This document shows positions 58,147 through 64,000 of a stretch of 64,000 bases of DNA, piece after piece. The stretch is taken from assembly GCA_017853275.1 (NCBI GenBank), contig JAFMJV010000002.1, positions 36,888 to 100,887 of the forward strand, read 5' to 3'. The stretch is from Chloroflexota bacterium. GTDB taxonomy: Bacteria; Chloroflexota; Limnocylindria; Limnocylindrales; CSP1-4. Under the pieces are notes generated by a model, which worked only from the letters and a program-made list of their open reading frames with translations, searched no databases and was not told the DNA's origin. Numbering within the stretch: position 1 is the stretch's first letter; each line of letters starts with the position of its first letter. The translations under genes and the position numbers were made by a program.

Positions 58147-59480
58147 CGGCGGACCCTTCCCTGCGCATCGAGCGCGAGGAGGAGCCCGATGACGATCGCG
58201 TTGACGAGGAGGGAGGACCCGCCGTAGCTGATGAAGGGCAGGGTGATCCCCGTAAGCGGCACGAGCTTCAGGTTGCCGGCCATGATGAGCGCGGCCTGGA
58301 GGACGATGACGAGGGTGAGGCCCACCGCGAGCAGCGTCCGCAGCTCATCCCCGGCCCGGAGCGCGATCGCCAGCCCCCGGCCGCCGATGACGAGGTAGCA
58401 GCCACACAGCGCGAGGACGCCGATGAGGCCGAGCTCCTCGCCGAGCGCCGCGAAGGCGAGATCGGTCGTGATCGCCGGGATCGCCGGCGCCCCGGCGACC
58501 TCGGGAAGCCCGGCCCCAAGCCCCGTCCCTGCGATCCCGCCGCGCGCGAAGGCGAAGAGCGCCCGGAGCGCCTGGTAGCCCGCGCCGAGCGGATCGGCCC
58601 AGGGATCCGCCCAGGCGTCCACGCGCACGCGGACATGGGCGAAGGCTCCGTAGAGGATCACGGCCGCACCGGCCGCCAGGATGATCCCGGCGACGATCCA
58701 GCTCGCGCGACGGGTGGCCACCCAGAGGAGGCCGAGGAAGACACCGTAGAAGAGGAGCGCCGCACCCAGGTCGCGCTGGACGACGACGACCGCGATCGCG
58801 AGGCCGAGCATGCCGAGGAGCGGGAGGAGCCACGGGAGGGGCGGCAGCGGGATCGGACCGATCCGCAGGTCGCGCGCGAGGATCGTCCGCCGCTCGGCGA
58901 GGTACCCGGCGAGGAAGATGACGAGGATCACCTTGAGCAGCTCGGACGGCTGCCCCGAGACGGGCCCGATCCGGAGGCTCAGGCGGGCGCCGTTCACCTC
59001 CTCGCCGAGGAGGAAGACGAGGAGGAGGAGCGCGATCCCCGCGGCGGCCCACGTGTAGCGGTAGTCCCGGAAGATCCGGATGCCGCGCACGCCGATCGCG
59101 GTCGCGGCGAGCGCGCCGAGCCCGAGGAGGAGCCACTGGAGCTGGAGGCCGGCGAGCGTTCCCTCCTCCCCTGCGAGGCGCTCCATGAGGAGGAGCGAGA
59201 TCCCCCCGAGGAGCCCCGCGATGGGGAGGAGGAAGGGGTCGAAGGGACGCCGGGTGAGGACGAAGAGAAGGTGGACGCCGGCCAGGGCGCCGAGATAGGC
59301 GACGAGCGCGAGCGGATCGCCCACGGCGAAGGCGCCGGCGCGCGTCGAGGCGAGCGAGAGATGCCCCACGATGAGCGCAGCGGCGACGACCGCGAGGAGG
59401 AGCCCCTCGGTGGCCCGCGGATGCGGACCCGACCGCTCTTCCGTGACCTCCGTGACCCCTGCGGCCGCGAGGCTGCTCAC
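58143..59480 (-). CDS. rodA: SEDS-family peptidoglycan glycosyltransferase (RodA/FtsW)
   Basis: About 10 TM segments. Motifs are SELLKVILVIFLAGYL and LPFISYGGSSLL. GTG start at 59480 overlaps the fhaB-like stop. Confidence 0.85.
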   Translation of the reverse strand: MSSLAAAGVTEVTEERSGPHPRATEGLLLAVVAAALIVGHLSLASTRAGAFAVGDPLALVAYLGALAGVHLLFVLTRRPFDPFLLPIAGLLGGISLLLMERLAGEEGTLAGLQLQWLLLGLGALAATAIGVRGIRIFRDYRYTWAAAGIALLLLVFLLGEEVNGARLSLRIGPVSGQPSELLKVILVIFLAGYLAERRTILARDLRIGPIPLPPLPWLLPLLGMLGLAIAVVVVQRDLGAALLFYGVFLGLLWVATRRASWIVAGIILAAGAAVILYGAFAHVRVRVDAWADPWADPLGAGYQALRALFAFARGGIAGTGLGAGLPEVAGAPAIPAITTDLAFAALGEELGLIGVLALCGCYLVIGGRGLAIALRAGDELRTLLAVGLTLVIVLQAALIMAGNLKLVPLTGITLPFISYGGSSLLVNAIVIGLLLALDAQGRVRR

Positions 59481-59929
59481 CCGCCCGGCACCTCGACCGC
59501 GTGCTCGAGACGGAGGCGGACCCCACCGAGCTCGAGGGTGTCCCCGATCGCGAGCGGACCACCCTCCGGCGCGCTCCGCCCCGCGATCCGGATGCGCGCA
59601 TCCGGGGCGGAGGTCGAGAGATGCCACCCCGTCCCGCGATAGGCAAGCAGGGCGGGCCCCTCCGCGAGCGCATCGTCATCCACGAGGACCGTGCAGGCCG
59701 GATCCGGCCCGAGCGAGGTGACCGCGCCGATCGGGATCTCGCTCCCGGCCGGAGGGATCCCCGTGGGCGAGACGAGGACGAGCAGCCGCGCGAGCGGGCG
59801 CGGCGCCTCCAGGGCGGTCCGGCGGAGGTCGCGGAGGAGCGCCCGGACGACGAGGAGCAGGACGAGCCAGAGGAGGGCGAGGAAGGCGAGCCGCAGCCCC
59901 CACAGGAGGAGGACGAGCGGGTCGGTCAT
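59477..59929 (-). CDS. fhaB: FhaB-like FHA-domain membrane protein
   Basis: N-terminal TM reads LLLWGLRLAFLALLWLVLLLVV. The C-terminal FHA domain reads IPIGAVTSLGPDPACTVLVDDDALAEGPALLAY. Confidence 0.65.
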   Translation of the reverse strand: MTDPLVLLLWGLRLAFLALLWLVLLLVVRALLRDLRRTALEAPRPLARLLVLVSPTGIPPAGSEIPIGAVTSLGPDPACTVLVDDDALAEGPALLAYRGTGWHLSTSAPDARIRIAGRSAPEGGPLAIGDTLELGGVRLRLEHAVEVPGG

Positions 59930-60702
59930 CGGGCGGGCGGGAGCTCGAGGAGGGCGATCCGCGTCCCTCCGAGCTCGAGGAGATCGCCCGGCCCGAGCGC
60001 AGCCTCGCGGACGGGCACGCCGTTCAGGCGGCTGCCGTTGCGGCTCCCCTCGTCCCGGTAGACGAGCAGCCCCTGGCGGATGATCAGGACGCCGTGCCGG
60101 CGGCTCACGGCCCCGTCCGGAAGACGCAGCTCGCAGTCGCGCCCGCGGCCCAGCGTGGCCCCGGCGGGCCGGACCGGAACGACGACCGCGCGCCGTCCCG
60201 GCAGCCGGATCTCGAGCGCGACGATCGGCCGCTCCGCGGACGCGGTGGGTCCCGTGGCGCCGGCCGCATCCCACGGCCCTTCCGGCTCACCGGCCTCCCC
60301 GCCGGCCCCGACGCCTGCAGCGGGCGTTCCCTCCTCCCGGTCCGCGGGTCCGCCGGCCGGATCGATGCGGAGCGTCGTCCGCGCCACGGACGGGTCCGCC
60401 ACGAGGCGCACGGTGGGCGCTCCCGCGAGCGCGATCCCGCGCGCCCGAAGACGTCGCCGAAGCTCCTCCGCGAGCCAGCGCTCGTGCGCCGCGCGCGCCG
60501 GATCGGCGAGCAGGGGCGATCCGGGCTCGAGCGCGACCTCCCAGGCCGCCGGCGCGCCATCCGGTTCCCGTGGAAGCGCCACGATCGTCCGCTCCAGGCG
60601 GCGCGCGATCTCCTCCACCGGCGGGCGGAGGCGGAGGATCCGCGCGACCGGACGCTCGGCGAGGCTCTCCAGCCCTTCCTCCAGGCGGGCGAGCGACCGC
60701 AT
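59926..60702 (-). CDS. fhaA: FhaA-like protein (DUF3662 N-domain plus C-terminal FHA domain)
   Basis: N-terminus reads MRSLARLEEGLESLAERPVARILRLRPPVEEIARRL. The FHA domain reads ATLGRGRDCELRLPDGAVSRRHGVLIIRQGLLVYRDEGSRNGSRLNGVPV. Confidence 0.7.
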   Translation of the reverse strand: MRSLARLEEGLESLAERPVARILRLRPPVEEIARRLERTIVALPREPDGAPAAWEVALEPGSPLLADPARAAHERWLAEELRRRLRARGIALAGAPTVRLVADPSVARTTLRIDPAGGPADREEGTPAAGVGAGGEAGEPEGPWDAAGATGPTASAERPIVALEIRLPGRRAVVVPVRPAGATLGRGRDCELRLPDGAVSRRHGVLIIRQGLLVYRDEGSRNGSRLNGVPVREAALGPGDLLELGGTRIALLELPPAR

Positions 60703-61592
60703 CAGCCCGTGCCGTCCTCGCCCGGGAGCGGGAGCCCACGGGCCTCGTCGCGGCGCACGCAGGCTTCCGCGGCCCCGTAGAGGAGGACCCGGAAGACCCA
60801 CGAGAACCAGATGAGGGCGACGAAGACCGAGGTGATGACCCCGAGGCCGGCAAGGCTCCCCACGAGGAGCGGCGCGATGAGCCCGAAGAGCGCGGTGAGG
60901 AAGCCGATGATCACGCCCGCGACGATCGCGCTCGGAGCGGCCTCCCGGACGCTCGGGGGGTCGCTCGGCAGCCAGCGGTAGACGACGAGCAGGACGCCGA
61001 TCGCGGCGAGCACGGTGAGCACCGGCTCCGTGAAGGTCCCCAGCCCGAGCCCCGCAAGGGCCCGGAAGGCATCGATCGCGGCGATCAGCGACCCGAGCGC
61101 GACGACCGCTGCGATCGCGACCACGAGGAGCAGGATCGCCACGATCCCCTGGATCCGCGCGATGATCCGGTTCCGCCTCCGCTGCGCGGGGAAGAGCCGG
61201 TCGAGGGCGTCATGGAGCCCGAGGTAGAAGCCGCTGAGGCCCCACGTGAACGCGATGAGGCCGACGATGCTGCCGACGCGTGCCCCGTCCGCGAGCCCCT
61301 CCACGATCTGCGTCGCGAGCGCCTCGAGCGGCGGGACACGGGCGATCAGCCAGGAGACCGCGGCATCACGCGCCTCCGGGGAGTCGCCGGCAAGGATGAG
61401 GACGCTGATCAGCAGGAGGAGACCGGAGACCACCGCGAAGATCGCGAGATACGCGAGCCCCGCGGACATCAGCGTCCCGTCCGCGTCCCCGAAGCCCTGG
61501 ATCGGTGCCCGGACCCGCCGGACCACCGGATGGGCCGTCACCGCCATCGCCGTCTCCCGGGCGCGGGTCCGCGCGGAGACGAGGCGGCTCAC
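60702..61592 (-). CDS. YihY/BrkB-family inner-membrane protein
   Basis: Six TM segments. The N-terminal region MSAGLAYLAIFAVVSGLLL is typical of the family. Confidence 0.7.
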   Translation of the reverse strand: MSRLVSARTRARETAMAVTAHPVVRRVRAPIQGFGDADGTLMSAGLAYLAIFAVVSGLLLLISVLILAGDSPEARDAAVSWLIARVPPLEALATQIVEGLADGARVGSIVGLIAFTWGLSGFYLGLHDALDRLFPAQRRRNRIIARIQGIVAILLLVVAIAAVVALGSLIAAIDAFRALAGLGLGTFTEPVLTVLAAIGVLLVVYRWLPSDPPSVREAAPSAIVAGVIIGFLTALFGLIAPLLVGSLAGLGVITSVFVALIWFSWVFRVLLYGAAEACVRRDEARGLPLPGEDGTG

Positions 61593-61594
61593 GA

Positions 61595-61891
61595 TCAGTC
61601 CGCGTCCGCCGACCCGCCCGACCCGCCGCCGGCAGCGCCATCACCGCTTGCCGGCGCGGCGGGGGCGGCGTCGCCCGTGCCGGGCTTCGCGCTCTTCGCG
61701 ACGGGGCCGCTCGTGGAGCGCGCGTCCTTCTTCGCCCAGCCGCTCCCCTTGAAGTGGATCGCCGGAGCCGAGAGCGCCTTGCGCATCGGTCCGCCGCAGG
61801 CCTCGCAGCGCTCGGGCCCGCTCGCCGAGATCGCGTGGACCACCTCGATCTCCCGCCCGCAGGCGGAGCACACGTAGTCGTAGATCGGCAC
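61595..61891 (-). CDS. FmdB-family zinc-ribbon protein
   Basis: VPIYDYVCSACGREIEVVH...CEACGGPMRKALSAPAIHFKGSGWAKKD, then a Gly/Ala-rich acidic tail. Confidence 0.6.
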   Translation of the reverse strand: MPIYDYVCSACGREIEVVHAISASGPERCEACGGPMRKALSAPAIHFKGSGWAKKDARSTSGPVAKSAKPGTGDAAPAAPASGDGAAGGGSGGSADAD

Positions 61892-61963
61892 CTGTCCCTC
61901 TCCGGTCACGCCGGCCGTGCATGGCCGACGCGGAATCCTAGCGCGCCGTGGCCGGGAACGGGG

Positions 61964-64000
61964 TCAGCCGAGCGCCGCGCGATGCTCCCGCAGCCGAGCG
62001 AGGCGCTCTGCGAGCTCCGCTGCCCGCGTCCGCGCCCCCTCGACCACCGGCTGGGGCGCACGTTCCACGAAGCGCGGGTCGGAGAGGCGCGCCTCCGCGG
62101 CGACGAGAAGACGCTCCGTCTCCGCGATCTCCTTCTCCAGGCGCGCGCGGTCGCGCTCCACGGAGCCCTCGGCATCCGAAAGGTCGGGCTGGATCGCGGC
62201 ACCGAGCCGGCCCGCGACGACGGCGACGATCCCCGCGCCGGACGGCAGCGGACCGGTGGCTCGCTCGAGGGGACGGGCGCGGGCGAGCCGCTCGAGCGCG
62301 GGCCGCAGCTCATCGAAGACCGGGGCGAGGTCATCCGGGAGCGTCACACCCACGGGAAGCCAGGCGACCGGGTCGAGGCCCGCCTCCGCCCGCGCATTCC
62401 GGACGCCCCGGACGAGCTCGATCAGCTCGCCGGTGGCGGCTGCGGCGGCGGCATCCACGGGGGGCGCGGCGGGCCAGTCGGCCACCGCGAGGAGCTCGGG
62501 GTCATCGGCCGCGTGCGGGAGGCCGGCCCAGATCACCTCGGTGATGAAGGGCATGACCGGGTGGAGGAGCCGGAGATAGGTATCGAGCGCTTCCACGAGG
62601 GTCCACCAGGTCGCCTCGCGCTCGGCCACGGGCCGGCTCTCGTCCGTCAGGCGGATCTTGGCGAGCTCGATCGCCCAGTCGCAGTAGTCGCCCCAGATCC
62701 CGTCGTAGAGGACGCGCGTCAGCTCGCCGTAGGCGAAGTCGGCCATCGCGCGGTCCGCGTCCGCCACCGTGGCCGCCACCCGGCTGCGGAGCCAGCGCTC
62801 CACCGGCCCGCACGCGGCGGCATCCGGGGCACGGCGCGGCGCATCGGCAGGGATCGTCCCCGGGCGCGCCCCGAGGACGAAGCGCGCCGCGTTCCAGAGC
62901 TTGTTCGCGAAGTTCCGGGCGTTCTCCAGCTTCTCCGCGCTGAAGCGCTGGTCGTTCCCCGGCGCGGCGCCGTGGATGAGCGCGAAGCGGAGCGCATCGG
63001 CCCCCGACTCGTCGATCGCCTCGAGCGGGTCGACGACGTTCCCCTTCGTCTTGGACATCTTCTGCCCGTAGGGATCGCGGACGAGGCCGGAGAGGTAGAT
63101 GACGGAGAAGGGGGCATCCCCCATGAGGTGGATGCCGAGCATCATCATCCGGGCGACCCAGAAGAAGATGATGTCGTAGGCGGTCTCCATCACGGTCCCC
63201 GGGTAGAACCGGGCGAGGTCCTCGGTCCGCTCCGGCCAGCCGAGGGTGGAGAAGGGCCACAGGCCGCTGCTGAACCAGGTGTCGAAGATGTCCGCGTCCT
63301 GGGTGAGCGCGGTCGCCCCGCAGCGCTCGCACGCCGCCGGACCCGCCTCCTCGGCGGAGACGGTGACATGGCCCGCAGCGCAGTACCAGGCCGGGATCCG
63401 GTGGCCCCACCAGAGCTGGCGGCTCACGTTCCAGTCCCGGATCTCCGTCAGCCAGTGCTCCCAGACCTTCTCGAAGCGCTCCGGGAGGATCCGCGTCCGG
63501 CCCGAGCGGGTGGCCGCGAGCGCCTTCTCGGCGAGCGGCTGGGTCCGGATGAACCACTGCGTCTTGAGGCGCGGCTCCACGACATCGTTGCTGCGCTGGC
63601 AGCGCCCCACGACCATCTCGTGCGCCTTCGTGGCCACGAGGTCCCCGTCCTCCTCGAGGCGGGCCAGGATCCGCTGGCGGGCGGCGTAGCGGTCCAGGCC
63701 GGCGAAGTCACCCCCGCTCGCGGCGATCCGGCCGTCGTCCTCCATGATGTCGATGAGGCCGAGCGCGTGGCGCTTCCCCGTCGCGTGGTCGTCGTGGTCA
63801 TGGGCGGGCGTGATCTTCACCGCGCCGGTCCCGAAGGCAGGGTCGATGACGGCGTCGGCGATGATCGGCACGGTCCGGCCCGTGTAGGGGATCCGGACGT
63901 GCCGGCCCACGAGATCCGCGTAACGCGCATCCTCGGGATGGACCGCCACGGCGGTATCACCGAGCAGCGTCTCGGGGCGGGTCGTGGCGATGAGGATCTC
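61964..64000 (-). CDS. valS: Valine--tRNA ligase, C-terminal about two thirds (gene continues beyond the window end)
   Basis: Motifs are TTRPETLLGDTAVAVHPEDARY, the KMSKS region GQKMSKTKGNVVDP and the C-terminal coiled coil LSDPRFVERAPQPVVEGARTRAAEL. The reading frame is open to position 64000. Confidence 0.9.
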   Translation of the reverse strand, partial: EILIATTRPETLLGDTAVAVHPEDARYADLVGRHVRIPYTGRTVPIIADAVIDPAFGTGAVKITPAHDHDDHATGKRHALGLIDIMEDDGRIAASGGDFAGLDRYAARQRILARLEEDGDLVATKAHEMVVGRCQRSNDVVEPRLKTQWFIRTQPLAEKALAATRSGRTRILPERFEKVWEHWLTEIRDWNVSRQLWWGHRIPAWYCAAGHVTVSAEEAGPAACERCGATALTQDADIFDTWFSSGLWPFSTLGWPERTEDLARFYPGTVMETAYDIIFFWVARMMMLGIHLMGDAPFSVIYLSGLVRDPYGQKMSKTKGNVVDPLEAIDESGADALRFALIHGAAPGNDQRFSAEKLENARNFANKLWNAARFVLGARPGTIPADAPRRAPDAAACGPVERWLRSRVAATVADADRAMADFAYGELTRVLYDGIWGDYCDWAIELAKIRLTDESRPVAEREATWWTLVEALDTYLRLLHPVMPFITEVIWAGLPHAADDPELLAVADWPAAPPVDAAAAAATGELIELVRGVRNARAEAGLDPVAWLPVGVTLPDDLAPVFDELRPALERLARARPLERATGPLPSGAGIVAVVAGRLGAAIQPDLSDAEGSVERDRARLEKEIAETERLLVAAEARLSDPRFVERAPQPVVEGARTRAAELAERLARLREHRAALG

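Overview
This is a 64-kb, very high-GC (about 74%) chromosomal segment that looks actinobacterial. The evidence for that is an fhaA-fhaB-rodA-pbpA cell-wall cluster, comM-dprA-topA-xerC synteny, an Arg/Gly-rich TopA tail, and a genome-wide habit of 4-nt ATGA/GTGA start/stop overlaps. It is densely packed with about 55 CDS and one tRNA (CAU anticodon), mostly on the minus strand, and nearly all housekeeping. The housekeeping set includes aspS (3' part off-window), hisS, valS (5' part off-window), rel, ftsH, topA, serA, rarA, murE, murI, dprA, comM and xerC. It also includes a ribose-like CUT2 ABC transporter with a PfkB kinase, and a MoxR-DUF58-transglutaminase trio. I see no rRNA, no CRISPR array, no transposase or prophage block and no obvious pseudogene. 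Many long antisense ORFs in the six-frame track are artefacts of the GC content. The items most worth a second look are: (1) two paralogous FemAB-family aminoacyl-transferase genes, one wedged between hisS and aspS and one translationally coupled to xerC and murE; (2) a secreted protein made of two tandem chagasin (I42) cysteine-protease-inhibitor domains; (3) an MrfA/MrfB-like (YprA/YprB) helicase-exonuclease pair; (4) a stand-alone DnaB-C-terminal-like RecA-family ATPase fused by a GTGA overlap to an M20 peptidase; (5) a pair of small, highly acidic proteins of unknown function; (6) a single-chain UvrD-helicase/RecB-nuclease with a Cys cluster; and (7) an FHA-SEDS-PBP cluster lacking the usual pstP/pknAB partners. 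All family assignments rest on motifs read from the translations, not on database searches. Coordinates follow the supplied ORF frames, and start codons were chosen by me.
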